DNA of 64,000 nt from Octopus sinensis (Eukaryota), in the NCBI RefSeq assembly GCF_006345805.1, contig NC_043000.1, forward strand, positions 137,578,001-137,642,000. Direction: 5' to 3'. The notes beneath the pieces are model-generated. The model saw only the letters and a list, made by a program, of their open reading frames with translations, was not told the origin of the DNA and did no database searches. Positions 52,916-64,000 of this stretch are shown piece by piece (within the stretch, counting starts at the first letter, position 1; each line of letters begins with the position of its first letter). The translations under genes and the position numbers were made by a program.

Positions 52916-53300
52916 CGTCGTGGTACTCCGTCGCTTACGACGACGAATGTTCCCGATGATCCGATCAACGGAACCGCCTGCTCGTGAAATTAACGTGCAA
53001 ATGGCTGAGCACTCCCCAGACACGTGTTCCCTTAACGTAGTTCTCGGGATGATTCAGCGTGACACAGAGTGCGACAAGGCTGGCCCTTTGAAATACAGGT
53101 ACAACAGAAACAAGAAGAAAGAGTGAGAGAAAGCTGTGGTTAAAGAATATAGCAGGGTTCGCCACCACCCCTTACCGGAGATCGTGAAGCTTTTAGGTGT
53201 TTTCGCTCAATAAACACCCACAGCTTCCGGTCTGGGAATCGAAATCGTGATCCTATGATCGCAAGTCCACTGCCCTAACCACTGGGCCATTGCGCTCCAC
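52916..53300 (-). mobile_element. tRNA-derived SINE family C
   Basis: Minus head gtggagcgcaatggcccagtggttagggc...gatttcgattcccagacc (A/B-box-like), a body of about 380 bp, and tail cgtcgtcgtaagcgacggagtaccacgacga. Confidence 0.7.
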
Positions 53301-53980
53301 TTTATATATAATACTTATGTATTAAACAACGAAAGAGGAAGAACCAGCCTCATCTTTCACTTGGAACGTTTTTGCACAGTAGATAGGTTATTTCTGAGAT
53401 GACGGCACAGACGCAGTAATGGTTGCTGAGTAGCTTTTCTCCCGTTCTTACGAACAGTAGCAAGAGTAAGGAATTTATGTAGGCACACATATCAAACATA
53501 CACGCATACATCCGCATTGATAAGCTGAATAGCAGTGAAAACCGGGACCGAATCTGCTAAATATGATTTTTCTTCTGAAACAGAAACACCTTTATATACA
53601 ACGCGCACTAAAATAAATATATTTGCTAAAACTTTTTTATATGGAAATTTTTTTTTTTGTATACAAAACTTATTAAGTAGCATATGATGTTTTCTCTTTT
53701 TTTTTCTCTATTATGTATGTGTAAAACTCACCTAGTGAAAAAATACACAAAAAAATATTTGTTATGTGAAAACATATTTTTTATCTTTATTTTCATATAT
53801 ATAAATATACAGGAAAAAATGTCTAGCCCTATGTTAAAAAAATAAACTTGTATTGAAATAAAATATATACGTATAAATACTTAACGCATTTTCAATTTTT
53901 TCTCATTATTTTTCCCATATACATACATACAAATATATATATGTAAACATACATACATACACACAACAAATATATAAACA

Positions 53981-54027
<47 letters not shown>

Positions 54028-54048
54028 GTACATTATGCCTAAATACAC

Positions 54049-54079
<31 letters not shown>

Positions 54080-54519
54080 TGTATGTATGTATGTATGTAT
54101 GTATGTATGTATGTATATGCGTGTGTGCGTGCAATGCGAACAGTGCGTGTGGGCGTTGGAAATAAGACTAAGAAATTAAAACCCATTGAAAATACTCAAC
54201 TAATTGCTGCTGATAATTATAAATTGCATAGCTTAACGACATATTCTTCAACTAATAATAAACCTTAAAGCAAATTATGATGTGCCCTGTATAATAAATG
54301 CTTTTACGTAACACACATTTGAGCGGCAGACATTTTTATTTTCTCTGAACCTACTCTTTATCAGGGTATATCAAAGGAAATATTACCTGCGATCGGTAAT
54401 TTGGATACATAGCCAACCACGGCGGAAAAGCGTACAGAATCTAATTTATTCATATACAATTGTCTTTTAGGTGAATTACAATTCTAAATCTTTGTATCTC
54501 TCTCGCGCATACACACATA

Positions 54520-56040
54520 TATTCATACGCTCATTTCTTCAGTATATGCAATCCTGTGCATACTATCTAGCTGTTGATTCGTTTTGTGCCTAAACACGCA
54601 TGTATTATAAATATGTGTGCATATTTTTGTAGAATGGAAATATAAATATTTTCCGACCACATTTTGCCAGATGGCTACTCGAAGGTATGTGACGGACATC
54701 TGGGTCTCTAATTTGCTGTTGGTCCGCACGTGAACGTTCTGATTGTGCATTTCCAATCTGACCCACATATAGTTCTTCACAATTCGGGCATTTGATGCAG
54801 TAAATAAAAAATTCTGCTTTTACAGTTCATATTTGCGTTTGTGAATATTTTCCCGGTTTTTGTGTTCATATATTAGCCGGTATGTATGAATTGGCATTGT
54901 GCTACATCGGATATCTTTGCATTTAGGTACAGTGAATGATTGGTCTTTGTTGCTATGGTCAAACTTTGTTAATAATTTTTTCAAGTTTTTAGGCTTCTTT
55001 TACGAAGTATCATAGCTCAATCTGTGATTCTATCTTTTAATTCATTACTTGCGCAATGATTGGTAGGTTTGCTTTGGCAATGTTGAAGATAATCTGGTGA
55101 TATAGATCGTATGTCATTATAAATGCTATGAATTGTTCTTGTTTTCCTCTTCTTTGAGTTGTCCTCATCTGTTGTATAGGTGTTTTTAAATCTCGCTGTA
55201 TTCCATTTTCTATATGTAGAGCCGGGTATTTTTGTTTGTGCAAAACTTTTCTTAGTTCTGTTAGGCGTTTGTTCCTGATATTCGTTTCTTCTACAATGGT
55301 ACACATTCTTCTGGGTAGGCAGTATGGCATATTGCGTTTTGTATGTGGTGGATGGCACGACTTAAAATTCAAGTATCGATGTGTGTGCGTGTGTTTGTAG
55401 TATATATCTGTAGTAATGGTGGTGTTCTTTATAATTACCAACATATCTAGGAATGGTAATTTGGTACTATTCATCTCCTTTCTATATTGGGGAGATAGGT
55501 GTGGGTTGTTCAGGAGGATATTAAACTCTTCAAATGTATTTTCTAAATACACTTCTGTCCAGATTATGAAGCAATCATCATGATATCTCTGCCATGCCTT
55601 TTCAATATACTTTCTAAATTCAGTGCAATATTTTTCCTCTAGGTCTTGGTAGAATTCTTGTTCTAAATATCCCGTTACAGAGTTCGCGTAAACGGGAGAA
55701 AACCTCGTTCCCATCGCCGTGCCTTTAATGTGGATGTAATTCTTTCCATTGAAGAAGTACGTGTTGTTTTCCAGAATAAGTCTGACTGTAACTGATATAA
55801 ATGGCACTGTAAAGTTGTTGGGGATCACTTCTGTATGTTTTTCTACCAAATATTTAATCGCTTTTATTCCTAAATCATGTGGAATATTGTCTAAAGGCTT
55901 ACCACATCAAAACTAAGCAGAAGTGAATTTGTTTAAGTTGCTTTGGGAAGATGTGACGGGAAGTTGTTGTCATCCCGGATAAAACTGGGTATGTAGGTAC
56001 ATAGTGGTTTCAAAACAATGTCTAGAAAAATGCTGGACTA
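54520..56040 (-). mobile_element. Decayed Penelope-like element: reverse transcriptase plus GIY-YIG endonuclease
   Basis: ORF 55037-55849 has ILENNTYFFNG, KGTAMGTRFSPVYAN, WQRYHDDCF, LPFLD, TDIYYK and YLNFKSCHPPHTK. Upstream LLSFDVVSL...NIPHDLG (frameshifted). Downstream IYCIKCPNCEELYVGQ...QQQIRDP...SHLAKC. Confidence 0.92.
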
Positions 56041-56108
56041 GTATGGAAATTCAATATTCTGTCATTTCATTGCATTATGTTATATTATATTATATCATTA
56101 TAAAACTG

Positions 56109-56915
56109 GGATCTTTTCTATTCTGAAGCCAGTTTTTTCAAATTTGTCCTACTGAACCAAACAATTTGAAACTTCGTATACTGGTAGAATGTGTCAAAAG
56201 TAAACTTAATTGTAAACCAGAATGAAAACGGAATTGTAACTTCTAAGTTTAACGTTGTTTAATAATTAGAATTTTAACCAATGATATTCCGTCATTCGGC
56301 TTTATTTTATTTACTCCGTCTCGACCACCAATTTCGTGACGTATTAAACATCTTAAATGTAAACAAGCGCATCCTTCTAATTATTTAACGTACTCATGTT
56401 TCCAGGATCCTATAGTCAGCCACCTTCTAATAACAATATTTAAAACTAGTTAATAAGCCACATGTATTAAATTGAAAATGTTTCCATTTGTATTTATTTG
56501 TGCAAAAGGCAAGAAATAGGCGAAGTTTACGACAAGCGAAACTTCGCCGAAATTTAATATTAAAAAAGCAGCGAGCTGGCAGAAACGTTACCACGCCGGG
56601 CGAAATGCGTAGCAGTATTTCGTCTGTCGCTATGTTCTGTGTTTGTTTACAGTTTTCCGAACGTTAGTACGTCACAAAAGCGCTTTCTACGTCACACTAA
56701 TAGAATGCAGTCAAGTTTTACACATGAAAACAAACAATCTGATTGGTTAAAATTCGCAGTTTTAATCTACGATTAAAGTCATAAAATAGATTTTTCTCAA
56801 ATAAACTAGTTCCAACCTGTGTCTTGTTTTGCTAGACTCTATCAGCATACGACGTTTCAGAATATTTAGTTAAGTAGAAAGATCTGTGGTCCTGGCTTCA
56901 GAATTGAAAAGATCC
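56109..56915. mobile_element. MITE with 24-bp TIRs (GGATCTTTTC termini) containing a SINE B head
   Basis: ggatcttttctattctgaagccag (56109) and ctggcttcagaattgaaaagatcc (ends 56915) followed by TA. SINE B head at about 56570-56640. Confidence 0.75.
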
Positions 56916-57299
56916 TAAAACTGTAAATAAAGCGTGGATCAGACAAAGCTGGAATTTCTTTGAGTAATATATATTTGAAACAAGAAAAAGAATGACTTTA
57001 CTAGTAGTTCTCATCAGTTTCACTTATCATTTAAAAATTTTTTAACAATATAAATTATAGTACATAGATCTATGAACTAAATTTCATATTATTAAAAAAA
57101 TAATAATAATAATAAATTAAGCTGATTAGAACAACAGTAAAGTCATTCATTTTCTTTTTCAAATATACCCAACTGTACCATCGATCTCACATTCTCCACT
57201 ATATATATATATATATATCAGTTGAATTTAATCCAATATACAACAAAAATATAAATAGAATTGTCAATATTTGATGATTTTATTAGCAGTGAATTTTGG

Positions 57300-57700
57300 A
57301 AGAGAATTTCTGTGAGGCCGGCATATATTTTGAATTATTGGTACTAGATATGATAGATTCGGCTGCGAACAAAATCATCGCCATTGTAGCGCCGCAGCTA
57401 TTTTTCACAGTTGCAATCCCAATTACGATGGACAAGTTTCACAGTAGTCAAATTTGACCAATGTCTTCCTGTTTTAATTCTAATGATGGTTTTCTTCGCC
57501 ATCGTTTACACCTTCATACTCCAAGCAGCGAACTGAAGATCTGAGTTGTATATATTGTAAATTCACTGGGCAATGTTTCCTGACAACAAAGTGTTTTCTA
57601 TACAAACTATTTGTCCAATCTTCCGTAATCGATTTTCCTTATCTGAGCCTGCAAGGTGGATAATATTAATGTAAACAATTCGTTCCTGTGATCTAATATC
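57300..57700 (-). pseudogene. Possible piggyBac-like transposase remnant
   Basis: One minus frame gives IIHLAGSDKENRLRKIGQIV...IIRIKTGRH...FKIYAG, resembling 'LH..D...DRL.KI.P', 'GRH' and 'F.IY.G'. Several stops. Confidence 0.4.
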
Positions 57701-58927
57701 TGATCATTGCTGAGACTAATCGCATGATTTAATCTGGAATTGAGTAAATAAAAATCTTGAGGTTGAAGACAATTATTTCGAAATCAAAACGCAGCGAACA
57801 GATCCACGAGCAAGCCATCTGCATCGATTACTACGACATTCACATACTGGATTGCAAATGGTTTCTTTGTATGGATACGTTTTATTTAAGCAAAAGCGGC
57901 CACAACTGAACAGCAAATAATACACTCAGAGATAATAAGGATTTAATGAAATATAGCAGGAAGGTTATGGGGAATAAGGATGGATGTTAAGGCTTTGCTT
58001 TGTGCACCTGTTATATGGAATGCGTTGGCTAAATAAACGAATCGAATCTTTTATTATATCTTTCGTGCGATCAAGCAAAGTGTTCATACAAAGACAAGCT
58101 ATTCGAATATCTAAATCGCTTTCAAAAGCACTGTGTAGTCGTAAGACAACATATTATAGTTGTAAGATTAAAATATAAAACTGCTAGAATACACGGCATA
58201 AGTTAAAAACTGCCTTCTCTGGAAGCCAAACCCCTGTTAGAAATCTCATTCAAATTTCCTTCAGATCATATTGAATAAAAAAAAGGAATCTGTAATTGTA
58301 TGATGTAGTCCTAGATACAATGGCTGGAAAAATGACAGGCTGCTGATGGCTGAAACATCATTGACAAGATTGAAAATTTCCTGGGTTACATTGTATGCAT
58401 ACATATTTCATTTATTTTTGCCCTTGAAGTATAATGTTCTGTTGATTACCTGTAGTCGCAATTTGTGTTTTACGTAAGAATTTTTAAGTCATAATCTTTT
58501 GATCGTATTTTTGTTGTGATAGGAAATTCAGCGTTTTCAACAGGGGTTAATGCTTTTCTACGTTCACAGATTCAAAGTCGCATTAAAAAGGTTTAATACT
58601 CTTTGGATATTTCATAAGCATGAAGTATAACAATTCAAATTTTCTTCATAAATAACCACCTCAGTTATTTCAACATCCCTAATTATGATTAAAATTTTCT
58701 CCATCTTCAAGATAAAAATCTAAACTTGACAGTAGAACTCCAGTTGTCCGTAAATGACAATTAAAATTCAAAATAAGGAAACAAGCATGGTCCTGGAAAT
58801 TTTAAAATGTGTAACCTAAGTCATTGATATCATTTTAACTGCTGACATAAAAACAAGAATACATATATCTAAATACAACATGATATACTGCGAAAATAAT
58901 GAGGGCATATATATATATATATATATA

Positions 58928-59453
58928 TAATAAATATTAGGGAATGAATCCAAAATTACAGGGAAAAATCAGATTTAGGGTTAAATCCAATTTTATAGTA
59001 AAATATTATATAATATAATTCGAGACAAAACCACTATTTTAAAACCAAACAAGGAAAGACTTAATCAATACATAAAATTTTAATATAAATTAAATAAACC
59101 GGCACTACAAATGTTTCATGTCTGCTACCGACAATCTTCAGGTGGATTTTCGATCTAAAAATATCAATATTTTAAAATATAATTTAAAATAATAAAATTA
59201 TCAATGAAAGAATATAAGTTTGTTTGTATCGAGACTTGTACGTATGTATATGTATGTGTGAGTGTGTATATGGTTATGTTTGTGGGTGTGTGTATATATG
59301 TGTGTGTATTTGTGTGTATTGTGTTAGGGGTTGTATAGTTATATTTATACTTGTATGTATGGATTTCATTTCCATTCATAATTTTCTTTACATGTTTGAT
59401 ATCCACGTGCAAAGAATTGTTCGGTTTTCTTTTGAGTGTTTATGTATGTGTGA

Positions 59454-59485
<32 letters not shown>

Positions 59486-60092
59486 TTGTTTGCGTAATTT
59501 ATTTATCTGTATGGGTGTGGGTGTTTATATATTGGTATATATCGTGTTCTGTATGTATGTGTATGTATATGTATGTGTGAGCGGGTATATGTATATTGTT
59601 TATGAGTTGAGTGTTGTATGTGTCTGTGAGGAAGTATGAATAAGTAATGTGTTGAGTGTATGAGCATGTGTGTGTATATATAGTTTATTTTTTGTTTTTT
59701 TGTTTTTTGTTTTTGGTTTTTTGCTTGTTGTTTTTTGGTTTTTGTACATTTTTAAATATGAGAACTTTTATAATAGGTTTTTATATTCAATTGTTTATAG
59801 GGTTTATTTTAGATTATTTTAGATTATATATTGATTATATATAGATTATATTTTTATTTTTTTATATTCTTTCATTGATAATTTTATTATTTTATTATTT
59901 TAAATTATTTTAAATTATAGTTTAAAATATTGATATTTTTAGATCGAAAATCCACCTGAAGATTGTCGGTAGCAGACATGAAACATTTGTAGTGGCGGTT
60001 TATTTAATTTATATTAAAATTTTATGTATTGATTAAGTCTTTCCTTGTTTGGTTTTAAAATAGTGGTTTTGTCTCGAATTATATTATATATA
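58928..60092. mobile_element. Inverted pair of Penelope-like pLTRs (arms about 59006-59217 / 59862-60092) around a TG/T-rich spacer, (TA)n at both ends
   Basis: About 210-bp arms are reverse complements with few differences, and each contains a hammerhead core. Confidence 0.85.
59952..59995 (+). ncRNA. Type I minimal hammerhead ribozyme motif (mirror on minus at 59102-59145 has a stem I mismatch)
   Basis: ccac-CTGAAGA-t-tgtc-ggtagca-gaca-t-GAAAC-attt-GTA-gtgg. Confidence 0.8.
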
Positions 60093-60110
60093 TATATATA
60101 TATATATTTA

Positions 60111-60586
60111 TAATAAATCTCTGAACGAGTTATAAACAGTAGCTGCACGATAATATGATGTATATTTGTCACTTAAATGTGGCTAACCACTAAGGGTGGA
60201 TGCTACTGTAGCTTGTAGCCCCAGGAGAACATCTTCTCCAGCTGGCCATAGACACACATTCTGTGCTCTATCAGTATTTGCGAAGGGAAGTCATCCTTCC
60301 CATCGTCGACCTGACGTGATAGGCATGGACCCGGGTTTCTGAGTATTTACCCGTCATCAGCGCACGACAAACACCGGTATTCGATGCGAAGGGGTCCCAA
60401 TGTAAATACATATATCCTTTTTCCAGTGACGAAAAGTCACCAACCTCCAAAAAGTGTAAACAAGCAATAATAAATCTCTGAACGAGGTATAAACAGTAGC
60501 TGCAAGACAATGGGAAGTATATTTAGCACTTAAATGTGGCTAACCACTAAGAGTGGATGCTACTGTAGCTTGTAGCCCCAGGAGAA
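60111..60586 (-). mobile_element. Partial tandem Penelope-like/retrozyme-like repeat, 357-bp period, 119-bp direct repeats
   Basis: 60111-60229 is repeated at 60468-60586. A hammerhead lies between them, and the 3' end (minus) abuts (TA)n. Confidence 0.75.
60323..60365 (-). ncRNA. Type I minimal hammerhead motif with palindromic stem III (ACCCGGGT)
   Basis: Minus strand gtgcg-CTGATGA-c-gggt-aaat-actc-a-GAAAC-ccgg-GTC-catgc. Stem I has one mismatch and two G-U pairs. Confidence 0.7.
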
Positions 60587-61428
60587 TAGCTTACAGTGTA
60601 CTGAGGAACGAAAGGAAACTAGGCAACAACTTACATTAGGGAGACGGCAATCAGCACGGGGGAAGGAATTGACGGCAACTGACGAGAGCTCAAAAAGAAG
60701 TAATGCTCGTCAGTACACGACCAGCATGCTCGAGCAGAACATAGAGGGTTGGTTAATATCATAGAGGTTAAGGTATTATCAACGCATAGAACTGACACGT
60801 TACTTAGATTATAAAGGCCATAAACATAGTAATAGACAGATCGAACCTCAACAGAAAACACGAATGGAACAAGAACATCCCCATCACCGCATCACACAAC
60901 ATGACGACTAAAGACAGAAGGGAAAAAAAAGACACATATACAAACAGTGTAATACAGACAAAAGACAAACATACACATATAATGATAAATATAAGAAATA
61001 GAGATAAGTAAACAGAAACATAAAACTATATAAAGGACACGGATACAAACAACATAGTCAGCAAATCCACATCCACACACAAACACAGAAAGATGCAAAA
61101 ACGATCTCAAAATTAAGGGTCCACAACAGCAACAGTAGCAGCAGCAGCAGCAGCAAAAGAAGGGAAAATGTAAGTGAGGTCAGGGTTAAAGCACCACTAA
61201 GAACAACGACGATGACGATACCAACAATATAAATGCCACGAATATAAACAGTGTAGTGAGCAAATATATAAACACATACATAGGCTCACACGAGAAACAC
61301 ATAGACACGCATACGCACACAAACACACACATACGCACGCACGCACACAGATACAGACGCAAATGCATGCGCATCGTAAAAGGTCAGAATGGACTAAGCA
61401 GAGCAGGAGGATACAAGAGGAAGGAAAG

Positions 61429-61472
61429 GGTCGCTGAAGAGGTCACAGATGTGTGACGAAAGATTTCCGGGC
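61429..61472 (+). ncRNA. Degenerate minimal hammerhead motif
   Basis: ggtcg-CTGAAGA-g-gtcaca-gatg-tgtgac-GAAA-gat-TTC-cgggc. Stem II is perfect, stem I has one mismatch, and an A-rich tail lies about 80 nt downstream. Confidence 0.5.
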
Positions 61473-61915
61473 AATGGACACCAGTTAAAATAAAAACAGT
61501 AATAAACGAGTGAAGAACGAATATGTCGTGCGTGTGTTTATTTGGCAAAGAAAAAGAAAAAAAAAGCTATCCCGAAATATAACAATCTTTCAAGACACGG
61601 TTTCACATGAGGTATCTTGCAACACACATTAAAATGTATATATATACATATATATGTGGTAATGCTTCAGCAAGTAGAGAATACCCGATCAGCTAAGGGA
61701 GGAAATATAATCGTAAAATATAAAAAGAAGCAACAGAAATGTAATTACAGCTATCCAGGGATTCCTGGCCGAAAACAATAATTTATTCCGCTATTTATCA
61801 AGCTGAAAACATTAAAGTTTGTCAGTTGTCCTTTGAGCAGATAACTTTTAAACAAGACACGATTGTAAAGAAGGAGGCATGCATACATACATACATACAT
61901 ACATACATACATACA

Positions 61916-61949
<34 letters not shown>

Positions 61950-62055
61950 CATACATACATACATATTTATAAATAAGGATAATATCGATATTTAAATATC
62001 GATATTATCAAGTGGCCAGCATGGGAAAATTACCATACAAAGGTAATAATTTTTT

Positions 62056-62285
62056 TACAACTAAAAATAAGGGTGTCTGAGAGACACCACCATGCCGAAA
62101 TAGCAGTCAAAACCCTGACTCTAAGAACCACGTTAAATGTTCATATCGCACCATGAGATAAGACAGAAGGACAAAATAGACTAGCAAAAAATATTACTGA
62201 ACATTTAACGTGGTTCTTAGAGTCAGGGTTTTGACTGCTATTTCGGCATGGTGGTGTCTCTCAGACACCCTTATTTTTAGTTGTA
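62056..62285. repeat. Perfect 88-bp inverted repeat with 54-nt spacer
   Basis: Arms 62056-62143 and 62198-62285 show no mismatches that I could find. The right end runs into a CATA/TA microsatellite. Confidence 0.9.
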
Positions 62286-62662
62286 CATACATATATATAT
62301 ATGAATATGCACATCCGCAAATATGCATATGCTTGTGTGTCGTTAATATAAATCGGTTAAAAAAGGTCCTTACTCGCTGCGTCCCACGCATCACTATATC
62401 TTTCGTCTGCTTCATTACGCTTATGATCGAATTTCCTCCATTGGCTGCATCAGCCCAGGGAATAATTAGGATAATTAGTTTACTGCTCTGCTGTTCCGAA
62501 TGCCATCTGCTGGACCAGCCAGCTATTTTAGTCAAGTATGATCAGACAACCGTTCATGAATACGCTAATATTCTGCTAATCTGGGACGATGAATATTCTT
62601 CTTAGTTTTCATACGAACATATTTCTAGTCTATATAACAGATGATATATATATATATATAAT

Positions 62663-62717
<55 letters not shown>

Positions 62718-62759
62718 CTGTGTGTGTATATATATATATAATATATATATATATATATA

Positions 62760-62935
62760 CTTTATTTAAAGCAGCAGAAAATTCTACAAAACCTGTTACT
62801 CTGAGTTTCGCGAAACTCAGAGTAACAGGTTTTGTAGAATTTTCTGCTGCTTTAAATAAAGCATATTACTCTACCACTAGTATTTGAGTACTCTTTTTTC
62901 CCACCTTGTTTCACATTTATGTGTTTACTCCGGTA
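62760..62935 (+). mobile_element. Penelope-like terminal fragment starting with a perfect 102-bp palindrome (62760-62861, no spacer)
   Basis: ctttatttaaagcagcagaaaattctacaaaacctgttactctgagtttcg|cgaaactcagagtaacagg...tttaaataaag. (TA)n on both sides. Half-hammerhead GAAAC-tcaga-GTA. Confidence 0.7.
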
Positions 62936-62951
62936 TATATATAAATATATG

Positions 62952-63041
<90 letters not shown>

Positions 63042-63277
63042 ATATATGTATGTATGTATACACATATATATATATATGTATATATATATATAAATTTTGA
63101 TTTTAAGTATAGTTATACAACTTTACGTTAATGTGATGGGTTACTCTATACATATTTAGAGTACAAATGCATTACTTCTGGACAAGAATGCTGTTGACAG
63201 TGACTTAGAAGTGTGTATGAAATGCATACATACATACATACATACATACACACATACATATACATATATGTATATAT

Positions 63278-63429
63278 AGCTTGCTTACGAACCACATGAT
63301 TCCGGATTCAGTCCCACTGCGTGGCACCGCGAGCAAGTGTCTTTTACTTATACCCTCGGGCTGACCAAAGCCTTGTGAGTGGATTTGGTAGACGAAAACT
63401 GAAAGAAGCCCGTCCTATATATGTATGTA

Positions 63430-63482
<53 letters not shown>

Positions 63483-63708
63483 ATGTGTGTGTGTGCGTGT
63501 GTATATGTTTGTGTGTCTGTGTTTGCCCCCCCAACATCGTCTGACAACCGATGCTGGTTTGCTTACGTCCTCGCAACTTAGCGGTTCGGCAAAAGAGACC
63601 CATAGAATAAGTACTAGGCTTACAAAGAATAAGTCCTGGGGTCGATTTGCTCAACTAAAGGTGGTGCTCCAGCATGGCCACAATCAAATGACTGAAACAA
63701 GTAAAAGA

Positions 63709-63709
<1 letters not shown>
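63278..63709 (+). mobile_element. SINE family A (head slightly truncated)
   Basis: Matches the 5178 element through to gactgaaacaagtaaaagag. Confidence 0.85.
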
Positions 63710-63775
<66 letters not shown>

Positions 63776-63779
<4 letters not shown>

Positions 63780-64000
63780 ATCCAAACAAGAAAGCACAAA
63801 AAACACAACAACACGAGGACGTGGAACAAATATAGTATTATTGGACGCTTAGGAAAGAAGAAAAGAAGGAGGGTTTAACGTTTCGAGCGGAGCTCTTCGT
63901 CGGAAACATAGGAGAAGGAAAGATCCAGAGAAGGGAAGACAGAGGGAAAAAAATCGCCAACGGTACACACGAGGTCACATTTTGAAAGACCGGAAGGAAA
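63776..64000 (-). mobile_element. Penelope-like pLTR running off the window end, with a hammerhead motif at 63873-63907
   Basis: Minus strand gttt-CCGACGA-a-gagc-tcc-gctc-GAAAC-GTT-aaac (U4C change in the core). The 3' end abuts (TA)n at 63710-63775. Confidence 0.7.

Noticed and set aside
60678-60714. Hairpin actgacgagagc...gctcgtcagt with CTGACGA on both strands
   Set aside because: Neither strand has a GAAA box, so it is only a short inverted repeat.

Overview
AT-rich, microsatellite-dense eukaryotic genomic DNA with no confidently identifiable host gene, so probably intronic or intergenic. The SINE families resemble octopus OR-type/CORE SINEs, which suggests a cephalopod (Octopus-like) genome; this is an inference. 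Almost all recognisable content is mobile DNA: three tRNA-derived SINE families, degenerate R4/Dong-clade LINE pieces (two directly behind (TAA)n tracts), RTE and Tx1 fragments, a gag/ORF1-like zinc-knuckle pseudogene with no adjacent ORF2, mariner, hAT and piggyBac-like remnants, several MITEs, and one decayed Penelope RT + GIY-YIG body. The most notable layer is a set of short, mutually unrelated Penelope-like terminal repeats. They carry type I hammerhead ribozyme motifs at about 2.4, 44.9, 48.5/48.9, 59.1/60.0, 60.3, 61.4 and 63.9 kb, with half-motifs at 14.8 and 62.8 kb. Most end at (TA)n tracts and many sit in perfect or near-perfect fold-back inverted repeats, several of which break at ribozyme landmarks. 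All calls were made by eye; no alignments, folding or database searches were run.
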